A stretch of DNA of 64,000 bases from an uncultured Bacillota bacterium (GTDB taxonomy: Bacteria; Sysuimicrobiota; Sysuimicrobiia; Sysuimicrobiales; Segetimicrobiaceae), in NCBI GenBank assembly GCA_963804645.1, contig CAWDRG010000017.1, positions 704,001 through 768,000 on the forward strand. Reading direction: 5' to 3'. The notes under the pieces are model-generated. The model was not told where the DNA came from, ran no database searches, and saw only the letters and a program-made list of their open reading frames with translations. This document shows, piece after piece, positions 1-10,834 of this stretch. The number at the start of each line of letters is the position of its first letter. Within the stretch, counting starts at the first letter, position 1. The translations under genes and the position numbers were made by a program.

Positions 1-633
1 GGTGTCGGGGCTGCGCCTGGGGATTCCGGCCGAGGCCTGGGAGTCCAACGATCCCGAGGTAGTGCGGTCTGGTGGACGACGCGGTCGCGGTGCTCGCCAC
101 GCTCGGGATGACGACCCGTCGCATCATCCGCCCGGCTTCCGCGATGCCCTGTGGGGCAACGTGCTCAGCGGGCTGGAGATCATGGAGATCGCGGGGACGT
201 TGCCGCCCCCTAGCCAGCGGACGACGCGCTGGGCGCGTACATGGGCGTGCGGGCGCGAGGCTACCACGCGCGCCTCATCACGCTGGGGATGCGCATCCGG
301 CGGGCGGCGCAGGCCCAGTACGCTGAGATCTTCCGTCAGGTCGACCTGATCGTCACGCCGACCGTCCCGGCGACAGCCCCGCTCTTGACCGAGGACGCAT
401 CCCCTGGGCGCGTGCCGATGAACTCTTTGCGGAAATGCCGGCTCGATACACACGCGTTTTCAACTTCGTCGGGAACCCAGCGATCACCGTGCCGTGTGGA
501 TTCACCGCGCAGGGCCTGCCGGTGGGCCTGCATCTCGCCGGGCGACCCGTTCGACGAATGCACGGCCCTCAGGGCAGGCCACGCGTACGAGCGGGCGACA
601 AGCTGGCACCGGCGCCAGCCGGAGCTTTCGTGA
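1..633 (+). CDS. Amidase-signature (GatA-like) protein, 3' part, frameshifted
   Basis: Fragments in different frames join into a typical amidase C-terminus: GLRLGIP...DPEV, FRQVDLIVTPTVPATAP, YTRVFNFVGNPAITVPCGFTAQGLPVGLHLAGRP, FDECTALRAGHAYERATSWH. Stop TGA at 631-633; 5' end lies outside the window. Confidence 0.85.
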
Positions 634-754
634 CGCCGGTGCCCACCACCGCGCACACGTCGTCGAGGAACCCGCAGGCTCACTCGACCCGGTTCTCCAG
701 GCCTCGCGCCCGACGCGGGATGACAAGGCTCGATGTGGCTCGAGACGACACCAC

Positions 755-1682
755 ATGACCGGCTACTTGCTCCGCCGCCTGTCGTACTCCCTGATCGCGT
801 TCTGGGGCGTGCTGACGATCGTTTTACCCTCCTGCACATCACCGGGGATCCCGCCGCGCTGCTCGCCGGCGACCTCGCGACGCCGGATATCCTCCAGCAG
901 ATCCGGCACGCCTATGGGCTCGACCAGCCGCTGCCCGTCCAGTACGTGCAGTTTCTCGGCCAGATCGTGCAGGGCAACTTCGGGTACTCCTACCGTCAGA
1001 GTCTTCCCGTGCTCGAGCTCATCGGCGGGCATATCGGCCCGACGATCGAGCTGGCCGTCTCGGCGCTGGTCGTCACGGTGCTGTCGGCATGCCGCTCGGG
1101 GTGATCGCGGGCGCCAACCGGGGATCGCCGGTCGACACGACTGCGATGTTGGCGTCGCTGTTCGGCCTGAGCATCCCAAGCTTCTGGCTGGGGTTGATGC
1201 TGATCATCGTCTTCGGCGTGCTGCTCGGCTGGCTGCCCGTTTCAGGGTACGGTGGCCTGAACCACCTGATCATGCCGGCCGTGGTGCTCGGGGGCTTCGA
1301 GGCCGCGCAGTTCAGCCGCCTAACGCGCACCGGCCTGCTGGAGGTCCTCGCGCAGGACTACGTCCGGACCGCCCGCGCCAAAGGACTCGCTCCGCGCTGG
1401 TGCTGATCAAGCATGCGCTGCGCAACGCCGCGCTGCCCGGTGCTCACGATTGTCGGGATGGGGTTCGGCCGGATGCTCGGCGGCGCGGTCGTCGTCGAGA
1501 CGATCTTCGCGTGGCCGGGCATGGGACGTCTCGGCGTCCAGGCCGTGCTCGCCCGAGATTTTCCGGTCGTCCTCGGGACGGTCGTGATCGGTGCCGCGAT
1601 CTTCCTGGCGGTCAATTTCTTCGTGGACATGAGCTATGGCTGGATTGACCCTCGCCTTCGGACCGGCGCGAGCGACGCGTAA
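755..1682 (+). CDS. Peptide/nickel ABC transporter permease (DppB/OppB type), frameshifted
   Basis: MTGYLLRRL..., GDPAALL, YGLDQPLPVQY, SIPSFWLG, QDYVRTARAKG, GGAVVVETIFAWPGMG, WIDPRLR, spread over several frames (shifts near 825, 1088, 1395, 1435). Confidence 0.88.
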
Positions 1683-2564
1683 GCGCGAGCGCGGGTTCTT
1701 GCGCCGCCTCACCGGCAACGCGTCCGGGTGGGTCACCTGCGCCCTGCTCGTGGTCCTGTTTGTCGCGGGGTTCGGCGCGTCGTGGATCGTCCCGTACAAT
1801 CCGTCCGCGCAGGACCTCGTCGTCGCGCTCCACACGCCGTCGCTCAACCCCGCGAACGGACACGTCCATCTCCTCGGCACGGACAAGCTCGGGCGCGACG
1901 TGCTGAGCCGCGTCCTCGTGGGGCTGCGCGTCTCGCTTCGGTGGCGTTTGCCGTGGTGCCGCTCTCCGCCGCCGTAGGCGTCGCGATGGGTGTCCTCAGC
2001 GGCTACATGGGCGGGCACGCCGATCTGGCACTGATGCGGGTCGTGGACGCACAGATGGCGATCCCCGCCCTGCTGCTGATGATCGCCGTGATCGCCGCGC
2101 TCGGCCCGGGGCTCGCGCAGATCGTCGGCGTGCTGGCGATCGCGGGATGGCCGATCTACGCCCGCGTCATCCGGAGCGAGGTCATCGGACTGCGCCAGCG
2201 AGAGTTCGTGGCCGCCGCGACGGCGGTCGGGGTCCCCAATAGGCGGATCATGATCCGCCACGTGGCGCCGAACGTGCTCCCGACCGTGATCGTCCTGGCC
2301 ACGCTGCAGCTGCCGATCGTGATCGTCTCCGAGGCCGCCCTGAGCTTCCTCGGGCTGGGCATCCAGCCCCCGACGCCGAGCCTCGGCCAAATGCTTGCCG
2401 AGGCTCAGGACGTGATCTGGCAGGCATGGTGGCTCCCCGTGATTCCGGGGGCCATGATCAGCATCGTCGTCCTGGTCTTCAACCTCCTGGGAGACCGCGT
2501 CCGCGACATTCTGGATCCCCGGCTGCGCGGCATCGCGTACACCCAACCGCGGCTGGGCCGGTAG
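1636..2564 (+). CDS. Peptide/nickel ABC transporter permease (DppC/OppC type), one frameshift near 1940
   Basis: HLLGTDKLGRDVLSR, EFVAAATAVG, RHVAPN, EAALSFLGLG, FNLLGDRVRDILDPR. Start position is uncertain. Confidence 0.88.
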
Positions 2565-3060
2565 TCACCGGGCGCACGCCGTCAGGCGCGGCGGGAAGCC
2601 CCCGCCGGCGGGCGCCGCCCGGCCGCCGCGGCGCCGCAAACACTACCCGCGCCCCCAGCCGGAGTCCGAGATCTTCCCCCGTCACCGCGCGCGCCACAGC
2701 GATCACAATGTTCATGTGATTCGGCATGTGCGTGAGATCGTATCCCGCCACGCGGCCGAGGGTCCGGCGTCCGACCCGCACCTCGTCACCGACGAGCACC
2801 ACGCCGCCGTTCCGGAACTCGACGAAACCGAGGTACGCGATCCGGTTGACGGTCGCGCCGGGACGCGCGCCCGGCTCGTCGGTCGCGATCAATTCGTGGA
2901 CCGCGTGCGCGACGACGGCTCGAGACGGCTGCGGGATCAGCTCGAGATGCCGCTTGGCGACATACCCCCGCAGCACCACGACCAGGCTCCCGGACACCGG
3001 TACCCTGTCCGCGTACGCGTCGGCCCCGATCAACTTCGCGCCGTACGGATCCCGAGACAC
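2479..3060 (-). CDS. DUF6917-like protein
   Basis: LELIPQPSRAV..HELI.TDE...PG..VNRIAYLGFVEF..GGV...GD...GYDLTHMPNHMNI pattern. The low-complexity tail overlapping dppC may be a frameshift artefact. Confidence 0.65.
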   Translation of the reverse strand: MSRDPYGAKLIGADAYADRVPVSGSLVVVLRGYVAKRHLELIPQPSRAVVAHAVHELIATDEPGARPGATVNRIAYLGFVEFRNGGVVLVGDEVRVGRRTLGRVAGYDLTHMPNHMNIVIAVARAVTGEDLGLRLGARVVFAAPRRPGGARRRGLPAAPDGVRPVTTGPAAVGCTRCRAAGDPECRGRGLPGG

Positions 3061-3087
3061 CCCGCGCCTCCTACCGCGTCCGCCGCG

Positions 3088-4062
3088 TTACACGGCGAGG
3101 ACGGTCCCGATTCCGCGCGCCTGCGCCCGCCGGTACAACTCCACCGCCGTCGCGAGATCCTCTAAGGCGACCCCGAGATTGAACACCAAGATCCGGTCGT
3201 CGGCCCGCCGCCGCCCTGGCGCGCGGCCCGCCACCACATGTCCCAGCTCCGCGCTGACTTCGCGCACCGCGGTAAAAAACCCGTCCCGCTTCATGTCGTC
3301 GATCTGCTGCACATCGTCCGCGACGATCGTGTCCATCGCCGAGACCGCCCCGGGCGCCCAGAACGAGTCGCGGTTCACGGACACGCCGAGCGCGCCGGGC
3401 GCGAGCCACTCGAGCTCGATCGGGTGGGGGCCGCGGATGTTGGGACCCGCGGTGATGATAATGTCGGCGCCGATCACCGCCTCGCGCGGGTCAGCCGCCC
3501 GCCGCGCGTCGAGGCCGAGCCGCGTCGACGCGTCGGCGACCAGCCTGTCCGCCGCCTCCGGGCTGACGTCGTAGGCTCGCACCGCGGCCACCGTAGGAAC
3601 CGCGAGCCGCAGCGCCTCCAGGTTGCTGCGCCCCTGCACCCCACACCCGAGAATCGCCACCGTGCTCGCCCCCTCACGGGCGAGCGCCCGGGCCGCGAGT
3701 CCGGTCGCCGCGCCCGTCCGCGCGGCCGTAATCCACGCGGAGTTCATGATCGCCAGCGGCGCTCCCGTCTCGGCATCGCTGAGGATGTACAACCCCTGGA
3801 CGTACGGGAGCCCGCGCGCCGGCGCACCGGGATTGCCGCTGTTCCATTTGCACCCGGCGGCCCCAAGCGCCGGAATGTAGCAGGGCATCGCACAGAAGAA
3901 CGAGTCCGCGCTGCGGACGATCCAACACTTCCCCGGCATCGTGGCACGCCCGGCCGCGTGCTCCGAGAACGCATGCCGCAGCAGCTCGATGATGTCCGGC
4001 ACGCCGAGATTCAACGACTCGAGATCGCCGCGGTTCAGGTACAGCACGGTCTGATCGGACAT
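3088..4062 (-). CDS. Ornithine cyclodeaminase/mu-crystallin family protein
   Basis: ETGAPLA...WITAARTGAA, Rossmann GCGVQG, ELGHVVAG..PGR, NLGVALEDLA. Confidence 0.9.
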   Translation of the reverse strand: MSDQTVLYLNRGDLESLNLGVPDIIELLRHAFSEHAAGRATMPGKCWIVRSADSFFCAMPCYIPALGAAGCKWNSGNPGAPARGLPYVQGLYILSDAETGAPLAIMNSAWITAARTGAATGLAARALAREGASTVAILGCGVQGRSNLEALRLAVPTVAAVRAYDVSPEAADRLVADASTRLGLDARRAADPREAVIGADIIITAGPNIRGPHPIELEWLAPGALGVSVNRDSFWAPGAVSAMDTIVADDVQQIDDMKRDGFFTAVREVSAELGHVVAGRAPGRRRADDRILVFNLGVALEDLATAVELYRRAQARGIGTVLAV

Positions 4063-4092
4063 TCGGCGCCTCCGCCTCTGACGCGAGCCGAG

Positions 4093-5469
4093 TCAGGCGA
4101 GCGGCTTGCCGTCGCCCGGGCACCGGACGGCCTTCGACGCGCAGCGTACGGTCCAGGCCCATGCTCGCCAGCACCGTGCCGATGTCCGCCGGCGTCTTGC
4201 GCCGCAGCGGGATCTCGTCCATCGTGGCGAGGCGGAGCGCAAGGCGCGCGACCCGGATCGCCTCCATCTCGATGGTCTGCCCCGAGACTTTGTCGAGCGT
4301 GTCCATCGCCGTATGGCCGAAGCCCCGGAAGGCGGCGGCCGACTGGCCGGCCGGCTCCGAAAACAGAATGCCCGCGGGGACGCCGTACGCCGTGAACGAG
4401 TAGTGATCGGAGTGCAGCCAGAGCGACGCCTCGTCGGACACCGGGCCCTCGAACAGGCCGCCGAGAAAGTCGAGCGCGTCCGGCCAAGCCGGCACGTAGA
4501 GGGTGGCGTTCGCGCTTCGGGCGGAACCGTCGAGATTGAGCATGAACCGCATCGGATCGGCTTTGTGGCGTTCGACGAAGTAGCGCGACCCATGGAGTCC
4601 CATCTCTTCGCCGGCAAACGCCACGAACCGAAGTGTCCGCTTGAACTGGTCCTTGTAGCGGCCGAGCATCCGCGCCGTCTCCATCAACACCGCGCTTCCG
4701 GCGCCGTTGTCCATCGCGCCCTGCCCGATGTCGTGCCCGTCGTAGTGCGCCCCGAGGACAACGATCTCCTCCGGACTCCGCGTGCCCTTGAAGTCCGCGA
4801 CCACATTGTTCGACGTCACGGAATGATTCTCGTTGGTCGAGGTCACGCGCAGCCGAACGGGGCCGCGTTTCGCGAGCCGCTGCAGCGCGTAGCCCTCTTC
4901 GTACGAGACCGCGATAGCCGGAATCTCGCAGTAATATCCAAACCGGCCGGATCCGGTCTCCGCCAGACCGCCCGGCGACGCGCGCATCCAGATGAAGCCG
5001 ACCGCGCCGGCATCCAGCGCCCGGCCCAGTTTTTCGGTCCGGTGCATGCGGAGCGACGACGAACGTGGGGACGCCGTGTTCGCCATCACGATGGCGCCCT
5101 TCATCGCCTCCCGCTTCTCGTCGTACGTCTTGGGGTCGCCGGGGCCCACGTCGACCAGCGGGCCTTCCACGTCTCCCGGCGGACAATACGGAAGGGCGAT
5201 GCAGTTGATCGGCGCGTTCGATCGGGCTCGTCACCGACGCGCTGGGTTTCCTTGCGGGTCCACCCCTTCGTGCTGAAGCTCTCGATCACCGCCGAATCCG
5301 CCCCGGTCGCGGCGAACCGGTCGCGGATGAACTCCGCGGCGGCGTGTTCCTGCGGCGTCCCGAGGAACCGCGGCCCAAATCGATCCACCAAGTCCTCGAC
5401 GTACGCGCGGCCCGCGGTTGAGAAGTACAACTCCCCGACGATCTCTCGATCCATCTCCTCAAGCGTCAC
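4093..5469 (-). CDS. M28 peptidase with PA domain, canonical subtype A (copy A1), frameshifted
   Basis: GAHYD..GAMDNGAG, FAGEEMG, NLDG, SDH, GHTAMD. GTG start after GGAGGAGG. Shifts near 5235, 5210 and 4116 when aligned to the intact paralogs. Confidence 0.85.
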
Positions 5470-5685
5470 GATCGTGACCTCCTCCGTGAGCGTGGCGGCA
5501 TCCGACCAGGCGGCGGCATGCCATCTGGGCCTCCCACATCCATTGCCCACCGTCGACCGACACCGTGTGGCCCACCACGGTGTCCTCGTTCCGCCTCCAG
5601 ACCAGCACGCGCGCTCGGTCCACGGCGCGCCGGTAGCCCCCGCGGCCGTCGCTGCGTCGAACGGTCGTGGGGTCCTCCGGTGTGC

Positions 5686-7386
5686 TCAGGTCGCGGCCGG
5701 CTCCGCGGACGCGGCCGGCGCCTGTGCGAGAAACCGTTCAACGCGCCGGCAGGCCTGACGCAGCGCGTGCGTCACCTCGTTACGCGCCCGAGCAAGATCA
5801 ACCGTCAGCAACTTGGCCGCGTCCGAGTCCGGATCCAGCGCCGCGAGACGCTGCGCGGGCTGGAGGGTCGGCAGAAAACCGCTGGCGCCGCCGGGGTCGT
5901 GCGCAAAGCGCCCCGTGATCTGGTAGGTCGGCGCGATCAGAATGCGTCCAAGATCGTGCACACAGGCGTTCGCGGCCTTGGTAACCTCCCAGTCGGCCCC
6001 GGCACCCGAGCGCACTGAGTTCAAGCGCCCGCACAGCGCCTCGAGCTCTCCCGCGGCCTGGAGCGCCGGCGTCAGGTCGAACTTCCCGCCGCACCGCTGG
6101 GCCAGCGTCTCGAGGTGCGTGCGGATGTCTGCGGCGGTGGCCGCGTAGTCGAGCGGCACGACGGGGTCTGTCAGCAGCCGGCCGAGGGCCAGGTAGTAGA
6201 TGGTGGCGTCCCGGACGAGGCGCGCCGGATCAATCTTGTCGACCGTGTCGTCCACCGTGTGAATCCACCACCCGAAGCTTCGGTCCGGCTGCCGCGACAC
6301 TTCGCCGAACATCGACGGGACGCCGACGCCCCAGAACGATTCGTCGCTCGTACGCCGCATGCGCTCGACCGGTGCCGTACCGCCGGCCGCGGTGGCGAGC
6401 GCCCACCCCGCCAGCGCGCTCAGTTCGACCATGGCGGTCGTGACGATGAGGTCGGCGCCCATGGCGCCGACGACATCGATATTGACGTGCGCCACGCAGT
6501 GCTGCTCGAGATCGAACCAGCAGTTGTCGGCGTACCAGGCGGACCCCGAGTACCGCCCGTGCGAGTGTCCGGACCAAAAGGCCAGCCGCAGGTCCCGCCG
6601 CAGGTCGGCGCGCCGCCCCGCGAACAACCGCATCATCTCCAACATGACCGCGTTCGCGCTCGCGTTGTCCATGGCGCCTTTGTGCCAGCTGTCGATGTGG
6701 CCCGAGAACAGCACGTACTTGCCCGGATCGGAATCGGGATGTCCGGCATGCAGGTCGCCGATGACGATCGGCGTCCGCGTCCACCGCGTGTCGACGTGGG
6801 CGCGCAGGTGCACGCGCACCGGCCCCGCGGCGCACAGGCCGCGCAGGCTCTCCCCGTCGGCCTGCGCCACGGAGAGCATCGGCGTGTGGGGCAGCGCGGC
6901 CACGGTGTGTTCCCCGGGACTGCCCCACACCGACGAGCAGATCATCTCCCCGATCACCGGGCCGCTCGTAAAGATCGCCGCGGCGACGCCGGCGCGGTCC
7001 ACGTTCGCGGCCGTGTCGGGCGAGGCCTTGGCGCCGACGAGCACGATCCGCCCGGAGAGCCCGGCCAGCGACGCGGGGCGCGCATCCGGGACGTAGACTA
7101 GGTCCCCCTCGAGGCCCGCCTCGGGTGTCGACGCGGCCATCGCGAGCGTGACGCACGGCACCGCCCGGCGGGTCGGAGCCAGCACCGTCAGGGACGCCTC
7201 CCCGGGCAGACTGATATAGGCGTCGTGCATCAAGATCGTGGCGCTGCAGCCCACCGCCTTCAGCTGCGCTTCGACGTAGCGCGCCGCCGCCAACTCCTCG
7301 GGGCTGCCCGCCGAGCGCGTCCAGCGGGTAATGGCCCGCACGTCGCTCATCATCCGATCGGCCGAGACTGCGTCTGCGTGAGCCAT
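5686..7386 (-). CDS. M28-family PA-domain hydrolase, non-canonical subtype B (copy B1)
   Basis: SGHIDSW..GAMDN, FWSGHSHGRYSGS in place of GEE, NID, WWIHTVDD. 566 aa with a long C-terminal extension. Confidence 0.85.
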   Translation of the reverse strand: MAHADAVSADRMMSDVRAITRWTRSAGSPEELAAARYVEAQLKAVGCSATILMHDAYISLPGEASLTVLAPTRRAVPCVTLAMAASTPEAGLEGDLVYVPDARPASLAGLSGRIVLVGAKASPDTAANVDRAGVAAAIFTSGPVIGEMICSSVWGSPGEHTVAALPHTPMLSVAQADGESLRGLCAAGPVRVHLRAHVDTRWTRTPIVIGDLHAGHPDSDPGKYVLFSGHIDSWHKGAMDNASANAVMLEMMRLFAGRRADLRRDLRLAFWSGHSHGRYSGSAWYADNCWFDLEQHCVAHVNIDVVGAMGADLIVTTAMVELSALAGWALATAAGGTAPVERMRRTSDESFWGVGVPSMFGEVSRQPDRSFGWWIHTVDDTVDKIDPARLVRDATIYYLALGRLLTDPVVPLDYAATAADIRTHLETLAQRCGGKFDLTPALQAAGELEALCGRLNSVRSGAGADWEVTKAANACVHDLGRILIAPTYQITGRFAHDPGGASGFLPTLQPAQRLAALDPDSDAAKLLTVDLARARNEVTHALRQACRRVERFLAQAPAASAEPAAT

Positions 7387-7448
7387 CTCGTCTCCCCGCC
7401 CCCGTCCTGCCCGTGTGCGCGGTGCGGCCGAACGGCCGCGGTGGCGCC

Positions 7449-8816
7449 CTACCGCTCGCCCGGCAGCGCGCGCTGCTCGTAGCGGAGCACTTCGTCGAGG
7501 CCCATCCCCTCGAGCACCGCGCGCACGTGCGCCGGCGTTTGGCGCGCGAGCGACAGCGTGTCGAGGCTCAAAAGGCGCAGCGCCAGCCGCGCGACCCGGC
7601 TCGCCTCCATCTCGATCGCCTCACCGGAGACTTTGTCGAGCGTGTCCATGGCGGTGTGTCCATAGCCGCGCACGGCCGCGGCCGACGAGCCGGCCGGCTG
7701 ATCCGACATCACGATGGCGGCGGGAATGCCCTGTGCGCTGAAGTAGTAGTGATCCGAGTGCAGCCACAGCGCCGCATCGTCGTCGACCGGACCGTCGTAC
7801 AGGCCGCCGACAAAGTCCACGGCGTCGGGGAACGCCGGCGCCATGTGGAGCCGCGCGGTCAGGCTGCGGGCGGCGCCGTCCAGATTCAACATGAACCGGA
7901 TCGGCTCCGCGCCGTGCCTGGTCGCGTATTCGTGCGATCCGTGCAGCCCCAACTCCTCGCCGGCAAAGGCGACGAACCGCAGGGTGCGCTGGAACTGGGA
8001 GCGGTACGGGCGGAGCACTCGCGCCACCTCCATCAACACCGCCACCCCGGCGCCGTTGTCCATGGCGCCCTGGCCGATATCGTGCCCGTCGTAGTGGGCC
8101 CCCAGCACGATCAGTTCCTCGGGGTGCGTGCGCCCGCGAAACTCTGCGACCACATTCTGGGTCGACACCATGCGGTTCTCGTTTGTGGAGTGAATCGCCA
8201 CGACGGCGGGCCCACGCGCGGACAGGCGCTGCAGCGCGTACCCATCCTCGTACGACACCGCGATCGCCGGGATCTCGCAAAACCGGCCGATCTGCGCCGC
8301 CCCGGTCTCCGGGAGGCCGCCGGGCAGGCCGCGCATCCAGATGAATCCGACCGCCCCGGCGTCGAGCGCTCTGCCCAGCTTCTCGGTCCGGTGCATGCGG
8401 GAGCCCCGCGACCTCGGCGTGACCGTGGTCGCCATTACGATCGCGCCCTTCATGGCCCCACGGAGCTCGGCATACGTCGCGGGGTCACCGGCGCCAACGT
8501 CCAGAAGCGGACCTTCTACGTCGCCCGTCGGGCAGTACGGCAGCGCGATGCAGTTGACGGCGCGCTCCACGGGCCGGCGCACGAGCAAGCGCGTCTCCTT
8601 GCGGATCCATCCCGGGCAGGTGAAGGATTCAAGCGCGGCGGAGTCTGCGCCGTACCCGGCGAACCGGTCGCGGATGAACTCCGCCGCCGGACGCTCCTGC
8701 GAGCTTCCCAGAAACCGCGACCCGAAGCGATCGACGAGCTCTTCGAGAAACCGCTTGCCCTCGGACGAGAAGTAGAGATCCCCGACGATCGCGCGATCCA
8801 TCTCGGCAAGCGTCAA
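7449..8816 (-). CDS. M28 peptidase with PA domain, subtype A (copy A2)
   Basis: GAHYDGHDIGQGAMDNGAG, FAGEELG, NLDG, SDH, GHTAMD. TTG start after GGGAGG. Confidence 0.9.
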   Translation of the reverse strand: MTLAEMDRAIVGDLYFSSEGKRFLEELVDRFGSRFLGSSQERPAAEFIRDRFAGYGADSAALESFTCPGWIRKETRLLVRRPVERAVNCIALPYCPTGDVEGPLLDVGAGDPATYAELRGAMKGAIVMATTVTPRSRGSRMHRTEKLGRALDAGAVGFIWMRGLPGGLPETGAAQIGRFCEIPAIAVSYEDGYALQRLSARGPAVVAIHSTNENRMVSTQNVVAEFRGRTHPEELIVLGAHYDGHDIGQGAMDNGAGVAVLMEVARVLRPYRSQFQRTLRFVAFAGEELGLHGSHEYATRHGAEPIRFMLNLDGAARSLTARLHMAPAFPDAVDFVGGLYDGPVDDDAALWLHSDHYYFSAQGIPAAIVMSDQPAGSSAAAVRGYGHTAMDTLDKVSGEAIEMEASRVARLALRLLSLDTLSLARQTPAHVRAVLEGMGLDEVLRYEQRALPGER

Positions 8817-8897
8817 CCCGCGTCCTCCCAACCCCCTGAGTTCCGCACGACCACGAGCCGGCGCAGCGTACGCCTGTCGCGATCTGCCGGCGACGGC

Positions 8898-9200
8898 CTA
8901 CAACATCAACTGCAGGGCCTCGCGCCCCGTCATCCCGGGCCGCACCCCCAGGGCCTGAGCCGCTGCGGTGCAGTCCCGGACCTTGGCGTCGAGAATGTCC
9001 TCGATTTCGCGCACCCCGGTCACGCGCGCTCCGACGACTTGCCGCTCGGGGTGCATCGCGTCGAGGATTGTCACATCGAAGAGGCCGCACCCGACGAAGC
9101 CCTTGGCGGTGCTGATGGTGAGATCCCGCGCCTTCGGCAGCTCCACCATCACCCCGATGGCCACCCCGCCCGCGAGCGCCACCGGCCGCACATCGATCAC
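8898..9200 (-). CDS. YunC/DUF1805 family protein
   Basis: 100 aa with KGFVGCG.FDV..L....ARVTGV..IED.LDA.V...T..A..LGV..GMTGREAL. GTGA overlap with the upstream gene. Confidence 0.8.
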   Translation of the reverse strand: MIDVRPVALAGGVAIGVMVELPKARDLTISTAKGFVGCGLFDVTILDAMHPERQVVGARVTGVREIEDILDAKVRDCTAAAQALGVRPGMTGREALQLML

Positions 9201-10687
9201 GAACGCACCGCCTCCTTGCGTGCGGTCGCGATGCCGGAGTACTTGCCGATGATCTCAAGCGAGCGGAACAGCGCGCGCACCATCGCGCGCGCTTCGGGCT
9301 CCAGGAGCGCGCCCTCCTCGTCGCTCGTGCCGAGGCCGGGCGAGATGAAGATGTTCGCGTCGTAGCCGATCGTCGGCACCAAGCCCGCCGCCTTCATCGC
9401 GTTCTGCACGATGTTCGTGCCGGAGTACATGTCCTCGATGCTGAAGATCGGGAACCCGGGACCGGCGCCGTCCCACGTCCGCTCGTAGTTGATCTCGATC
9501 GCCATCGAGTTGACCGACTTGGTGATCAGCCACCCGTCCCCGTACTGCCGCAGGTCGCTCTTCTTGAACTCCTCGAGCGTGATCTCGTGGAGCGTGTCGA
9601 GCGGGTCGAGCATGACCTCTTTCTGCTCGAGCAGCACGCGCATCGCCGCGAGGCCGCCAAGCAGCGCCTCCTTGCCGGGATCCACCGTCACGTACGCCGC
9701 CTTGCCGTACGAGCCGGTCGTGCCCCACCGGTCGCCGTGGATGCCGAGCGCCCGCCGGATCGGCACCATCACGTCCTCGCGGCCGATGATCAGCCCCACC
9801 GTCGGGGCGCCCGCGGCCTTATCCATGCTGTAGGTCATGATGTCGGCACCCGTGGCGCGCAGATCCGTGCCGAGAAACGGGGTGCCCCAGGCGTTGTCGG
9901 TCACATAGGGCACGTTGTACTGGTGCGCCAGCGCGGCGATCTTCTGCTGCAGCAGCGGGGTGCCGGCGTGATCCTTCGCCCCGTAGCCGTACCCCGGCGT
10001 ATCGTATCCGAGCGACGCGAATCCGACGAGCGAGCCGACGTGCGCCGCGGCATGCTGGGCCAGGACGGCGGCGGTGCCGCTGACATCGGTCCCGGTCAGC
10101 AGCGGCACGGGATGGTACTTGATCCCGTGGCACGGGTAGCGGGCCCCGACCATCGGCACGATCACGGTGTCGAGGTTCTCGAGCCGCTTCCCATAGAATC
10201 CCAACTCCCCCGCGGTGGCGCCGCGGTCCGCGTACAAGTCCTTGTACCGCGGCGGGAACGGACGCCCGTACCCGGCCTGGTGATGCATGTGCCGCTCGTA
10301 CGGCGCGATGTACCGCGCACGGTAGTTGTCGCCGCGGCCCGTGAACGGCGGGCTGAACAGGACGTCGAAGCTGACCCACAGCGCGGCCTCGCACGTCGCG
10401 ATCATCGCCCCGTCGTAGTCGTCGCCGTAATAGCTCTTCACGATCCGGCGGACGTCCGCCGCGAGCGCGGAGTTTTGGATCACCTTCCGCGATCCGGCGT
10501 CCATCGCGCTGGTCACCGCGCGCGTCAGCAGCCCGTGACATCCCGACACGGCGCCCGTGAATCCGAGGTTGCCGCGCATCTCGTCGGTGACGCCGGCGTC
10601 GGTCGCCGCCTTCCGGACGTCCGCGTAGATCTTGTCGGCGTTCTTGGCCAGGTTGTCGTAAAGGTCATAACGGAACGTTGTGCTCAC
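9197..10687 (-). CDS. Fold-type I PLP-dependent enzyme, SelA-like
   Basis: VPYVTDNAWG (PLP Asp) and YSMDKAAGAPTVGLIIG (Schiff-base Lys, resembling SelA FSGDKxxGGPQxGIIxG). 496 aa; RBS GGAGGG. Confidence 0.7.
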   Translation of the reverse strand: MSTTFRYDLYDNLAKNADKIYADVRKAATDAGVTDEMRGNLGFTGAVSGCHGLLTRAVTSAMDAGSRKVIQNSALAADVRRIVKSYYGDDYDGAMIATCEAALWVSFDVLFSPPFTGRGDNYRARYIAPYERHMHHQAGYGRPFPPRYKDLYADRGATAGELGFYGKRLENLDTVIVPMVGARYPCHGIKYHPVPLLTGTDVSGTAAVLAQHAAAHVGSLVGFASLGYDTPGYGYGAKDHAGTPLLQQKIAALAHQYNVPYVTDNAWGTPFLGTDLRATGADIMTYSMDKAAGAPTVGLIIGREDVMVPIRRALGIHGDRWGTTGSYGKAAYVTVDPGKEALLGGLAAMRVLLEQKEVMLDPLDTLHEITLEEFKKSDLRQYGDGWLITKSVNSMAIEINYERTWDGAGPGFPIFSIEDMYSGTNIVQNAMKAAGLVPTIGYDANIFISPGLGTSDEEGALLEPEARAMVRALFRSLEIIGKYSGIATARKEAVRS

Positions 10688-10834
10688 CGGTCATCCCTCC
10701 GAAACCGTCGCTGGGCGCGGCCAGGCGGCCGACGCGCGGAACACCCGTTCGGGGCCTTTCACACTCTGCTGCGCTGCATTACTTGTCTGGACGCGGGCGG
10801 CGTTCCTGCGTCGGCGCCCCCGTTCCCGCGGCCG

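Noticed and set aside
5559..5584. 9-bp hairpin upstream of M28-A1 as a riboswitch
   Set aside because: No recognisable aptamer motif; such stems are common at this GC content.
9197..10687. True selenocysteine synthase or UGA recoding
   Set aside because: No selB/selC/selD nearby; the TGA is explained by the GTGA overlap with yunC.
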